Source: Gammaproteobacteria bacterium (GTDB lineage: Bacteria; Pseudomonadota; Gammaproteobacteria; DATFLL01). From it: a stretch of DNA of 64,000 bases. Of the stretch, positions 9,993 through 19,460 are shown one piece after another. The notes beneath the pieces are model-generated. The model made no database searches. It was given only the letters and a program-made list of their open reading frames with translations, and was not told where the DNA came from. Within the stretch, counting starts at the first letter, position 1, and every line of letters begins with the position of its first letter. The position numbers and the translations under genes were made by a program. The DNA is taken from positions 12,817-76,816 of the forward strand of contig DATFLL010000042.1 in assembly GCA_035267785.1 (NCBI GenBank). Direction: 5' to 3'.

Positions 9993-10023
9993 GCCCCACC
10001 TGTGAAGGTGGGGCGTTTTTTTT
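9993..10023. terminator. strong stem-loop (GCCCCACC-tgtgaa-GGTGGGGC) followed by T8 on the + strand and preceded by an A-rich tract; likely a bidirectional or DsrE-gene terminator
   Basis: Perfect 8-bp GC-rich stem with T-run, located just 3' of the minus-strand gene that ends at 10039. Confidence 0.5.
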
Positions 10024-10038
10024 GTCGTACGATTCGGA

Positions 10039-10533
10039 CTACATGCCGGCGGACTTCGGCGGTGCCGGATGGATATAGGCCCAGCCCTGCGACTCGCGCA
10101 GGGTAATCTCGCCCACACCGGACGGCACCATGGTGATGAACGAATAGAGATGCTTGCGATCGATATGCTTCTCACGCAGCGTGTTGGAGCATTGCGCCAG
10201 GATCACACCCTCCTTTTTCAGGTGCTCGAGCTTCTTCTTGAAACCGTTGTTCTTGACGTAGACGTCGAAACCGTTGCTGTTGGCCAACAGCTCGACCTGG
10301 ATATGTCCCTTGACGCGAGGGTCGTTGAGCAGGTTTTCGATGTTGTTCAGCGTCTTCTTGATCGCATGATCGCCGCCGCTGTCGAGATGGAAGATGGCCC
10401 CATACTCGTGGTGCGGGTTGGCCGGCGCGGGCGTCGAAGTGGCGGCCAGGGCCGGACCGGCGGAAAACGCCAGTGCGGCGCCGACGATGCCCGCCAGGGT
10501 CGACAGCTTGGTACGCGGTAAAATACGTTTCAT
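10039..10533 (-). CDS. periplasmic DsrE/DsrF (YchN)-like family protein, putative
   Basis: Signal peptide, about 164 aa, and a conserved Cys in the motif ILAQCSNT resembling DsrE-like sulfur-relay proteins. Family assignment is tentative. Confidence 0.45.
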   Translation of the reverse strand: MKRILPRTKLSTLAGIVGAALAFSAGPALAATSTPAPANPHHEYGAIFHLDSGGDHAIKKTLNNIENLLNDPRVKGHIQVELLANSNGFDVYVKNNGFKKKLEHLKKEGVILAQCSNTLREKHIDRKHLYSFITMVPSGVGEITLRESQGWAYIHPAPPKSAGM

Positions 10534-10803
10534 GGAATATCTCCTTTGATGGTTATTGTTAGTTTTTCGTTATTGTTTAGACGATCGATCACCCGCGTCA
10601 ATTCGAGCGCAGGCAATCTAAAATCTTTAGACCCGCCAAGTTGCCGTTTGGTTCGTACGGTAGCGGCACCAAATCGTCAGCGGTTCCGCTTGAGTCGATT
10701 CTCGGGAAAGCGGCCGAGGCCGCTGATTGGGTGGGGAAGTTCCGTGCAGGAGCCCGCGTTCGAAGCACAACGGCCGCGAAGCCGCACCGAGCCTGATGTA
10801 GCT

Positions 10804-10862
10804 TGACAATTCCTCACGGAGGCCTAGTATGAATTCCTAACATATCTTTTATATACCGCTTT
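10804..10862 (+). promoter_or_regulatory. sigma70-like promoter (TTGACA-16nt-TAGTAT) followed by a second NsrR-like 11-1-11 repeat (AACATATCTTT-T-ATATACCGCTT, 10840..10862)
   Basis: The -35/-10 hexamers match consensus. The downstream repeat shares architecture and about 16 of 22 positions with the 9790..9812 site. Lies upstream of the ferredoxin/reductase/truncated-haemoglobin fusion gene. Confidence 0.35.
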
Positions 10863-10949
10863 AAGAAGCTCCGGCCCAAGCCTGCCATGGGATAGACCCA
10901 GTATCCGTCGCCCATGCCCCGCCCGGAATCCACGTCAACCGGATGGGTC

Positions 10950-12536
10950 ATGCGTATGTCGAAACTGGTCTACAACGACGTCTCGTATGAACGGGGCAAA
11001 CACGAGTCTGTTCTGGACGCGCTACTGCGCCAAGGCGTCAACGTCCCCTTTTCCTGCCGCCGCGGCAGCTGCCAGGTCTGTCTGATGCGCGCGACGGCGG
11101 GCGACGTGCCCGAGGACGCGCAGCGCGGACTGCGCCCGGAGTTGCGTGCGTTGGGCTATTTCCTGCCCTGCCAGTGCGTGCCGGCCGGCGATTTCGACGC
11201 GGCGCCGCCGCGGGACGCGGACCTGTACGTCAAGGCCCTGGTCCACGACAAGGAGCGGGTCGCCCCCGACGTTGTCCGGCTGCTGCTCGAGGTCGGCTTC
11301 GGCTTTCATTATCGTGCCGGCCAGTTCGTCAACCTGCGCCCACCCGGCGGTCCGCCTCGCAGTTATTCATTGGCCAGCCTCCCCGAGGACTACTTCCTCG
11401 AGCTGCACGTCAAACGGATGGAAAACGGCCTGGTCAGCGGTTGGATCCACGATTCCGTGCAGATCGGCGAGGCGGTGGACATTCAGGGGCCGCAGGGCGC
11501 CAACTACTACCTCAGCGGCGACCCGACGCAGCCCCTGCTGCTGGTGGCCTCGGGTACGGGTCTGGCGCCCCTCATAGGTATCGCGCGCGACGCGCTGCGC
11601 GCCGGCCACACCGGGCCGATGCACCTCTACCACGGCGCCCACGAGGAACAGGGACTGTACCGCCATGACGAGCTCAAGGCACTGGCCCGCAAGTATCCTC
11701 AGGTCCAGTACATCCCATGCGTGTCCGGACCCGGCGGCGCCCCGCCGGAAGCCGCGGCCGGCCGGGCCGAGGACGTGGCATTCGAGCGCCAACCGGACCT
11801 GAGCGGCTGGCGTGTCTACCTGGCCGGTCCGCCGGAGATGGTCGAGAGCGGGTGCGGGCGTGCCGCGCGCGCCGGAGCGCACCCCTCGCAGATACATGCC
11901 GACCCGTTCGAGTACCGTGACCTGCGCCAAGGTGGCGTGTCGAAAGTCAGCCTGGAGGACGAACGCCGCCGCGACCCGCCACCCGACCCCGAGCTGTGGG
12001 CCGCGCTCGATGACGGCCGCCTGCTATTGGAGATACTGCGGGACTTCTATTCGCGGGTTTATGCCGACCCGCGTCTGTCTCCCTTCTTTCATGGCGTTAC
12101 CATGCAGCGTCCGATCGAAAAACAATATCTGTTCCTCAAGCAGGTGTTTTCGGGCGAGCCGGTCTATTTCGGCGACCGCCCGCGCAATGCGCACCACTGG
12201 ATGGTGATTTCCGACGATCTCTTCGACTACCGCGAGGAGCTCATGATGACGTGCGTGCGCGAGCACGGCCTGCCCGAGAATCTCGTGCGTCGATGGCGCG
12301 CCATCGAGGAGATCTACCGCCCGGATATCGTGAAATCCGCCCCCTGGACCCGACGCATCGGCGACATCGAACTGCCGGTAGAGGGCTTCGGCGAGGAATG
12401 CCTGAGCGCGGCGACGATTTGCGACGGCTGCCAGGCCGAAATCGACGCCGGCGAGACCGTGCGCTACCACCTGCGCCTGGGAACGACCTACTGCCGTGCA
12501 TGCTCGGGCGACAAACCCTTGGCCGAACGGCGCTGA
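10950..12536 (+). CDS. multidomain oxidoreductase: plant-type 2Fe-2S ferredoxin / FAD-NAD(P) ferredoxin-reductase-like domain / group II truncated haemoglobin (HbO-like) / C-terminal CxxC...CxxC zinc-ribbon
   Basis: Ferredoxin: SCRRGSCQVC...LPCQC. Reductase: RSYSLAS FAD-binding and GTGLAPL NAD-binding motifs. trHb: FYSRVYADPRLSPFF...NAHHWMVI with a proximal His. Tail: CDGC...CRAC. Confidence 0.8.
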   Translation: MRMSKLVYNDVSYERGKHESVLDALLRQGVNVPFSCRRGSCQVCLMRATAGDVPEDAQRGLRPELRALGYFLPCQCVPAGDFDAAPPRDADLYVKALVHDKERVAPDVVRLLLEVGFGFHYRAGQFVNLRPPGGPPRSYSLASLPEDYFLELHVKRMENGLVSGWIHDSVQIGEAVDIQGPQGANYYLSGDPTQPLLLVASGTGLAPLIGIARDALRAGHTGPMHLYHGAHEEQGLYRHDELKALARKYPQVQYIPCVSGPGGAPPEAAAGRAEDVAFERQPDLSGWRVYLAGPPEMVESGCGRAARAGAHPSQIHADPFEYRDLRQGGVSKVSLEDERRRDPPPDPELWAALDDGRLLLEILRDFYSRVYADPRLSPFFHGVTMQRPIEKQYLFLKQVFSGEPVYFGDRPRNAHHWMVISDDLFDYREELMMTCVREHGLPENLVRRWRAIEEIYRPDIVKSAPWTRRIGDIELPVEGFGEECLSAATICDGCQAEIDAGETVRYHLRLGTTYCRACSGDKPLAERR

Positions 12537-12544
12537 AGACCGAC

Positions 12545-13390
12545 TCAGCCGGGCAGGCGTTCCGGGTCGAGCGCACCGGACGGCTGCTCGGCTCCGGTCA
12601 CGGCCGGCCGATGCACCATGGACACGAGGATAAAGCTGATGAGCATCAGCAGATACCAGGCGACGATCTTTTGCGGCGAAACCGGTGTCCACAAACCTTC
12701 CTGCGAGGGATAGACCCACACCCGCGCGAAGGTGCCGATGTTCTCGGCAAACCAGATGAACAGGGCCACCAACAGCCAGCCCACGACCAGAGGCATGCGC
12801 CGCGGCACGGACCCGGGGGTATACCAGATCCAGGAGCGCCCGAACATCAGGACGCTGGCCGCCACCAGCCACCAGCGGATGTCATAGGTGAAGTGATGGC
12901 TGAAGAAATTGAGGTAGATGAGCGCGGCCAGGGCCCAGGTCAGCTTCACCGGCGGATAGGCCGAAAACCGGAAATCGAAGATACGCCAGATACGCGCGAT
13001 ATAGCTGCCCACGGCGCTGTACATGAAGCCCGCGAACAGCGGTACGTTGCCGATCTTGAGCACCGCCTCGCCGGGGTAATGCCAGGCGCCAATGGCGTTC
13101 GAGGTCTTGAACACCTCCATGACCATGGCCACCAGGTGGAAGACCAGAATGATCCGCGCCTCCTCCAGACTCTCCAGGCGAAAGGCGAGCAGCAGCAACT
13201 GAATAGCGACGGCCGCCAGGAAGAGAAAATCGTAGCGGTGCAGGCCCTGAAAGGGGTACCAGTAACCGGTCAGGAGGATCAGCGCAAGCAGGGTCCCGCC
13301 GAACAGGCATGCCCACGCCTGCTTCAGGCCGAACTGCCACAGCTCGATCGTAAAACCGCGCAGTGCCGCGTAGGCTGACTGTCTTGTCAT
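12545..13390 (-). CDS. DUF817-family integral membrane protein
   Basis: 281-aa polytopic membrane protein with Trp/Tyr-rich helices. Confidence 0.6.
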   Translation of the reverse strand: MTRQSAYAALRGFTIELWQFGLKQAWACLFGGTLLALILLTGYWYPFQGLHRYDFLFLAAVAIQLLLLAFRLESLEEARIILVFHLVAMVMEVFKTSNAIGAWHYPGEAVLKIGNVPLFAGFMYSAVGSYIARIWRIFDFRFSAYPPVKLTWALAALIYLNFFSHHFTYDIRWWLVAASVLMFGRSWIWYTPGSVPRRMPLVVGWLLVALFIWFAENIGTFARVWVYPSQEGLWTPVSPQKIVAWYLLMLISFILVSMVHRPAVTGAEQPSGALDPERLPG

Positions 13391-13512
13391 CTGTCGGATC
13401 GTAAAAGAAAAAACCGAGGCCGCATCTGGATGCGAACCGGTCCGGTTGGCTCATCGTTATGTTTGGTATCTTGCGTCAAACGGCGACGCATGTACAGCAA
13501 GACGGACGCCGC

Positions 13513-14550
13513 TCATTTCTCCCGCGGCCCGACACTGCGGCGCACGGCCGCCACGACCTCGTCCACCCCGGGAATCGAGGCGGCCTCCAGCGCGGCATTG
13601 TAGGGCGTAGGGACGTCGGGCGCGGCTACACGCAGCACCGGACCGTCGAGGTCGAAAAATCCGGCCTCGGTCAGCGCGGCAGCAATCTCCGCGCCGACCC
13701 CGCCGAAGCGGCAGTCCTCCTCGACGATGATGGCGCGATGCGTGCGTGAAAGCGACTCGAGCAGCAGAGGCAGATCGATCGGACGCAGGCTGCGCAGATC
13801 GATAACCTCGGCCTCGACGCCCTCGCCCGCCAGGGTCTCGGCCGCCTGCAGGGCGACATCGACCATCCGATGCCAGGCGACAAGCGTGGCGTCGCTGCCG
13901 CGCCGGCGTATGGCCGCGGAGTGCATGGGGGGCGCCGGCGCGTCGACGTCGAACGGCCCCTTGGCAAAATACAACAGCTCGTGCTCGAGCATGATGACGG
14001 GATCGTCGTCGCGCACGGCCTGCGTAAACTGCCAGTAGGCATCCTGGGCGGTGGCAGGCGCCACGATGCGCAGTCCCGGCACGTTGAGCAGGGTGTGCTC
14101 CAGGCGCTGTGAATGCTGCGCGCCGAGCTGGTGGGCCACGCCGCCCGGCATGCGCACGACCATCGGCACGGCCATGCGCCCGCCCGACATGTACCGCAGC
14201 TTGGCGGCCATGTTCACGATGGCATCGAGCGCGAGCAGCGCGAAATTCGCCGTCATGATCTCCACGACGGGCCGCCCGCCGACCAGCGCGGCGCCCACGC
14301 CCAGCCCCGTGAAGCTGTTCTCCGAAATGGGCACGTCGCGCACACGCCACTCCCCGTACTTGGCGTACAGCCCCTGAGTCACGCGATAGCTGCCGCCGAA
14401 CAGACCGACGTCCTCGCCGAGGACGAATACGGCGTCGTCGGCGGCCAGGGCGCGATCGTGCGCGACGTTCAGCGCCTCCCAGAACGTCAGCTCCGCCGCG
14501 GGCACGGCCGGGGCCACCGAACCGTACGACTTGGTGTGGTGATCGCTCAC
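13513..14550 (-). CDS. TPP-dependent dehydrogenase E1 component beta subunit (pyruvate/acetoin dehydrogenase family)
   Basis: Transketolase-like pyrimidine-binding and C-terminal domains (VLGEDVG, MPGGV..QHSQ). Confidence 0.9.
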   Translation of the reverse strand: MSDHHTKSYGSVAPAVPAAELTFWEALNVAHDRALAADDAVFVLGEDVGLFGGSYRVTQGLYAKYGEWRVRDVPISENSFTGLGVGAALVGGRPVVEIMTANFALLALDAIVNMAAKLRYMSGGRMAVPMVVRMPGGVAHQLGAQHSQRLEHTLLNVPGLRIVAPATAQDAYWQFTQAVRDDDPVIMLEHELLYFAKGPFDVDAPAPPMHSAAIRRRGSDATLVAWHRMVDVALQAAETLAGEGVEAEVIDLRSLRPIDLPLLLESLSRTHRAIIVEEDCRFGGVGAEIAAALTEAGFFDLDGPVLRVAAPDVPTPYNAALEAASIPGVDEVVAAVRRSVGPREK

Positions 14551-15524
14551 GGCTGGCCCCCATACAGATCGATGGGCACGCGATAGACGCCGTGGGCGAG
14601 GTCTTCGGGCTCCGCGCTTTGCGCCGCAAAGTTCACGGCGTCGTCCACCGCCTTGTGCACTTCGCTCTCAAGGGCCTTTAACTCATCCTGACTAACCCAA
14701 TCTTCGGCCAGTGCGCGGCTGCGGAAGGACTCGACCGGATCGCGCGTGTGCAGCTCCTCCACTTCCAGGGCCGAGCGGTACGAGCCGGGGTCGGCCATGG
14801 AATGGCCGCGGTAGCGGTAGGTCTCGCATTCGAGCAGATAAGGGCCGTTGCCGGCGCGCACGTGGCGCAGCGCATCGTGCGTGGCCTCGTGCACCGCAAG
14901 CACGTCCATCCCGTCCACGCGCCGCCCGTCCATGCCGTAGGCGCAGGCGCGGCGGTGGATCTCCGGGACGGCGGAGTGACGATGGATCTCCGTGCCGATC
15001 TGGTAGTGATTGTTCTCGCAGATGAACAACACGGGCAGCTGCCAGAGAGCGGCCATATTGAGGCACTCGTGGAATGTGCCCTGGTTCGCCGCGCCGTCGC
15101 CGAAGAAGCACAATACGGCATCGGGTGCGTTGTTCATCTTCAGCCAGTAGGCCGCACCGGTGGCGACAGGGAAAGTCTCGCCGACAATGGCATAGCCGCC
15201 GAGAAAACGCCGGGCGTGATCGAACAAGTGCATGGAACCGCCGTAGCCGCCCGAACATCCGGTCGCCTTGCCGAACAGCTCCGCCATCACTTCGCGCGCC
15301 GGTACTCCGCGCACCAGCGCGTGCACATGCTCGCGATACGTGCTGACGACGTAGTCGCCGAGATCGGCGGCGTGCAGACTGCCCACGGCAACGGCCTCCT
15401 CGCCGGGATACAAATGCAAGAAGCCGCCGATATTCCCTTGCGCATATTCATCGGCCGCGGCCTGCTCGAATTGGCGGGCCAGCATCATATCGTAGAGAAA
15501 CTTGCGGGCGAGTTCGCGGTTCAC
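14547..15524 (-). CDS. TPP-dependent dehydrogenase E1 component alpha subunit (pyruvate/acetoin dehydrogenase family)
   Basis: TPP-binding motif GDGAANQG...ENNHY. Overlaps the beta-subunit start by 4 nt. No E2 gene is adjacent. Confidence 0.9.
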   Translation of the reverse strand: MNRELARKFLYDMMLARQFEQAAADEYAQGNIGGFLHLYPGEEAVAVGSLHAADLGDYVVSTYREHVHALVRGVPAREVMAELFGKATGCSGGYGGSMHLFDHARRFLGGYAIVGETFPVATGAAYWLKMNNAPDAVLCFFGDGAANQGTFHECLNMAALWQLPVLFICENNHYQIGTEIHRHSAVPEIHRRACAYGMDGRRVDGMDVLAVHEATHDALRHVRAGNGPYLLECETYRYRGHSMADPGSYRSALEVEELHTRDPVESFRSRALAEDWVSQDELKALESEVHKAVDDAVNFAAQSAEPEDLAHGVYRVPIDLYGGQP

Positions 15525-15692
15525 TGCGCGGCTCCTGTGCGCTCAAACCTGAAAGACACGGTTAGTATCGATCCTTTCGACCAGGGGGTCAAAACCGAAC
15601 GCCGGCCGCGGTGAACGGCTCATCCTGCGTAACTATTTCTTGACGTACGCGCGCAGCAAATACGACGCCGGGTGAAACGGATCGGTGCGTAC

Positions 15693-18167
15693 TCAGGCGC
15701 CGTCCGGAGCGGCTTCGGCGACAGTCGCCTCGCCGTTGGCGCGGGTGGGAGACGCGCCGGCAGGCGCCGGGTCCATCGGCGCGACGCCCATGCCCCGTTC
15801 ATAGCCGAGCGCCAGCTCGGCAAGCCGGGCGAACACACGCCGGTGCAGCGACGTCAGGGCCTCGGACAATGCCCGGCCGTATTCCGTCACACTGGCCGGC
15901 TCGTTGGGATGCAGCGCCGGCAGTTGCTCGTGCAGCTGCGCGAACACGGTGGTCTCTCCGCCGGCGTGCGAGAATGGATAGTTGATCTTCGCCAAGTCCG
16001 TCTTGATGCGCTCCAGGTGTTCGGCAAGGCCGCTCGTATCGAGGTCGGCGCCCGGACCATCGCTGTTGGGCGAAGCGTTCAGCCCGCGATTGAGCGTATG
16101 GTAGCTCTCGCCGAGCGCAGCCAACTGAGTCTGAACGGCCAACAGGCGTTCGACCTCCCGGGCGATCTCGGAGTGCTCTCCGCCCTCCTGTATGAGGCCG
16201 CCCAATGCGATGGCCAGGCGCTCGGCCAATACGGCTTCGTGACGGCTCAACGCGGCATCCAGATCGAGTCGCTGCGCTTCGAGCTCGGACGCCGGCACAC
16301 GGTCGGCGATGGGTTCCTCCAGTGAAAGGGCTGCCCCCTCAAAGCTCTGTTCACCGGCGGGGACGCTGGGCTGTTCCGCCGGATGGCGGTAGCGGTTCAC
16401 GCACCGCGCGATCTCCGGCATGTTCTCGCCGAGCCGGGCGACAAGGGCGTTGAGGCGCTCGCGCCGCGCCTCGGGGGAGAGCGCCTGGTAGTCGCGCCAG
16501 TCCTGCGGCGCGACGAAGCGGTCGGCTACGAACAACTCGCGGCAATAGTCGGACAGCACCTCGGCCTGAGTCGGCGCCTTTACCGGCGTCGCGCCGCTCG
16601 ACGGCGTCGATGAGGCCTGCGCCTCTTGCGCGGGCGCGATGCCGAGCACGCCGCGGTAGAACCCCTCGGTGATTCTGGCCGCCAGCCGATCGTATTTCTT
16701 GACTAGAGCCCGCGCCGGGATATCGAGCGTAAACGAGGCGGGCGCGTTCAACGCCTCGGCCTTTGCGATGCGCTCGGCATCCGGCGGATCGGGCGAGAAC
16801 GGATTCGCCTCTGCCGCATCGTCCTCGTCCTCTTGCGATCGAATCGTCGAGCCCGCCAGCGAGGCCAGCTCGTCCGCCCGGCGCACCATCGCTTCGGCCA
16901 GATCCTCGGGAAGCCGTCCAGGCGGACGGTCGCCGCTCATCTCGTGACGAATATCGTCGAACGCCTGCCGGAGCAAGAGCGTGCGCTCGGCCGTGGCCCG
17001 GAACTGAGCGCTGCCGGCGAGCTGGGCCTGATAGTAGTCCGCGTCGAGCGCCATTCGGCGCCGCATGCTCTGGCTCAACGGGCGACTCAGCCGGGCCAGG
17101 CCGTCCAGGGCACGACGCTGAGCTTCGAATGTCCATTCGACCGCCCGGGACAGGCTGGCAATCCAACTCACGGGATGCTCCTGCCAGGCGGCGATCGCGA
17201 CATCCCAGGCGTCGCGCTCATGGACCGCACGGTAGAGCCAGCGATGCGCCCGGCGCACGAGATGGGCGGCGCGCGCGTCCGGGCCCGGGGCAAAATTGCC
17301 GAACTCGTGCCCCAGCACCCCCACCAATTGACGGGTCGACAGCCCGGCGAGCAGCGGCATCCCGATGGTCAGCTCCAAGCCACCGCGCGAGACCTCCAGC
17401 GAGGCAGTGGGCTCGATATCCACCCAGGTACGCTCGGGGCGCGGTGCCCCGAGGGTTTCGGCAACCTGCTGCGCGAGGGCGAACAGTACGGGCTCGCGCA
17501 GCGGCTCGAGCTCGACCCGCTCGGGCGGGAGCGGCAACTTGGCCAGCACGGGTTTGAGCAGGTAGATGAACGCGACGGCGCCCAGCGCGATCGGCAGCAG
17601 ATACAGGAACCACGCGCCTATGAGCGAGCGCTGCTCCAGGTACAGCAAACCGTGGAATGCATGCCAGATCGTCGCGAAGCCGACGGCGATCACCAATAAG
17701 GCGTAAAGCGCCGGAACGACCAGGGCCCCGGACGCGGCGCCAATGAGCCCGGTGCGCCCGGCCGCACTCGGGGGCGAAGACGGCAGACGGGTGGAAAACA
17801 GGCCCGGCATATCGCCGGGGCCGAGGCGTATTCCGCCCGGGCCTCTCGACGCCTCGGCTCCGGCAGGCCGGGCATCGGGATTTGCGCTTGGGTTCGACGT
17901 CGGGCCGCCCGGCGTGGGCGAGGGGTGCGCCGGCGGCTCGGCGATGACCTCGCACACGGCGCCCGCTTCGTTGAAAATGGCTTGCAGGCGCAGGGCCTGC
18001 GCGTGGAGCAGGCCGCGTTTGACGACCACCCGCGCACCGGAGAAAAGCTTTTCGACATGATCCGATCGCAATTTCAGCGCAGCGGTTAACTGCGCCTTGA
18101 CCTGATCGGGGTCGCAGTCGGACCGTACGGTACCGTCAAACGCTACCGCGTAGCGTGGCTCGGCCAT
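15693..18167 (-). CDS. large hypothetical membrane protein with M48/M56-like segment carrying a degenerate HEXXH (HEFGN)
   Basis: 824-aa protein starting at MAEPRYAVAF. N-terminal soluble domain, Pro-rich linker, TM helices, VLGHEFGNF, and a long alpha-helical C-terminal region. Confidence 0.55.
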   Translation of the reverse strand: MAEPRYAVAFDGTVRSDCDPDQVKAQLTAALKLRSDHVEKLFSGARVVVKRGLLHAQALRLQAIFNEAGAVCEVIAEPPAHPSPTPGGPTSNPSANPDARPAGAEASRGPGGIRLGPGDMPGLFSTRLPSSPPSAAGRTGLIGAASGALVVPALYALLVIAVGFATIWHAFHGLLYLEQRSLIGAWFLYLLPIALGAVAFIYLLKPVLAKLPLPPERVELEPLREPVLFALAQQVAETLGAPRPERTWVDIEPTASLEVSRGGLELTIGMPLLAGLSTRQLVGVLGHEFGNFAPGPDARAAHLVRRAHRWLYRAVHERDAWDVAIAAWQEHPVSWIASLSRAVEWTFEAQRRALDGLARLSRPLSQSMRRRMALDADYYQAQLAGSAQFRATAERTLLLRQAFDDIRHEMSGDRPPGRLPEDLAEAMVRRADELASLAGSTIRSQEDEDDAAEANPFSPDPPDAERIAKAEALNAPASFTLDIPARALVKKYDRLAARITEGFYRGVLGIAPAQEAQASSTPSSGATPVKAPTQAEVLSDYCRELFVADRFVAPQDWRDYQALSPEARRERLNALVARLGENMPEIARCVNRYRHPAEQPSVPAGEQSFEGAALSLEEPIADRVPASELEAQRLDLDAALSRHEAVLAERLAIALGGLIQEGGEHSEIAREVERLLAVQTQLAALGESYHTLNRGLNASPNSDGPGADLDTSGLAEHLERIKTDLAKINYPFSHAGGETTVFAQLHEQLPALHPNEPASVTEYGRALSEALTSLHRRVFARLAELALGYERGMGVAPMDPAPAGASPTRANGEATVAEAAPDGA

Positions 18168-18398
18168 CGCATCCTCCGCCCGACATGGGTCTGTGCCCCC
18201 CCTTCGCGGTCCGACGTGCGCGGCACTGCCCCCAGAAAACGCCGACACGCCCTTCGCTAAATTGAACGGGATCACGGCGCGGCCGGTCAAGCGAACCGAT
18301 CCCGCAGAGCACACCGTTCGTCGGCTCGCAGAGGCCGTCCATCATCTGGTGTCGTCGACCCACCGCGAACCGGCATGTCCGGCGGTCTGAATCCGCAC

Positions 18399-19316
18399 TC
18401 AGCGCCGGAAATACGTCATGGACGGCTTCGGCCGGCCCACAAAGCACGAATGGGTGAAGCCGTAATGGCGCAGAATGCGGTGCGCCTGGCGGGCCTCGGC
18501 CTCCTTGGCGCCGAAATCCAACAGCCAGTGCGAGCCGTCGACGATCTTCCAGTGGCCATTGACCCGGCTGACTTCAATGCGGCTGGGATTGAAGCTCACG
18601 CAGTCCTCGCCCCGCAGCGCGCCGCTGGGGCTGCGGCCCCGGGACAGGTAATACTCCATGGACGGGTGCGGGCGGCCGACGAAGCACTGCTTGTCCATCC
18701 GATAGTGGCGCAGGATGCGCAGCCCCTGGCGCGCCTCGGCCTCCTTTGCGCCGAAGTCCTTGAGCCATATCTTCCCGACCGTGATCTTCCAATGGCCGTC
18801 GATCCGCTGCATCCGCGCGCGTCGATAGTTGAAGGCGATGCAGTCCTCACCGGACAGTTGGGCGGCGGCGGTGCCGCCCGTGGCCGCACGACCCTGGCGA
18901 ACGAAGCGTTCGGTGCGCGTATAGTTACTGCGCCCGCTGTTGTCCGTAAAGCGCGTATACAATTCGACGCGCAAGCGGTCTTTGCGCTGGGGATGGAGCA
19001 CCAGGAGGGTTTCGGAAAAACCCGTCTTGAACACGGCGCTCACCGCCCGCGCATTGGCCGCCAGCGGCGAATTGACGGCCGGCGCATAGGCGTGCGCCCG
19101 GACCACGCCCCAGTCGCAGTCCTGCGGATGGCACTTGCCCCAGGCGCGGACAGTGACGTCGTTGCCGCGGACGTTCACTTGCAGGCGCGTGAGGGCCGGA
19201 CTCCCGGCATTGGCGTTACTCCAGTTGCCGGCGAAATCCGACAGCGCGGCATAGACGCCGGCAGAGTACAGCGTGGACATTAGGGCGGTGACAACGAGAA
19301 TGCTGCGCATTCGCAT
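18399..19316 (-). CDS. secreted hypothetical protein with a tandemly duplicated ~70-aa domain
   Basis: Signal peptide. Two near-identical units: GEDC(I/V)(A/S)FN...NGHWKI..G..WL.DFGAKEAEARQ..RILRHY....CFVGRP.PSM.Y. Confidence 0.6.
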   Translation of the reverse strand: MRMRSILVVTALMSTLYSAGVYAALSDFAGNWSNANAGSPALTRLQVNVRGNDVTVRAWGKCHPQDCDWGVVRAHAYAPAVNSPLAANARAVSAVFKTGFSETLLVLHPQRKDRLRVELYTRFTDNSGRSNYTRTERFVRQGRAATGGTAAAQLSGEDCIAFNYRRARMQRIDGHWKITVGKIWLKDFGAKEAEARQGLRILRHYRMDKQCFVGRPHPSMEYYLSRGRSPSGALRGEDCVSFNPSRIEVSRVNGHWKIVDGSHWLLDFGAKEAEARQAHRILRHYGFTHSCFVGRPKPSMTYFRR

Positions 19317-19460
19317 ACGGACTCCTTCCTGTAACGAATCTTGGCGTTGTTATTTTCCGGCAGCCCGCCGCGCTTCCTCTGGCACGCCATCCGGTCCGAT
19401 CTATTTATAGTTGCTGGCGCCCATGATGCCAAGCGGAAATCGATGTGTCGAAATGCGGGC

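Noticed and set aside
16351-17955. several 240-290-aa ORFs on both strands inside 15693..18167
   Set aside because: Arg/Pro/Gly-rich shadow ORFs. The long minus-strand frame has TM helices and continuous coding character.
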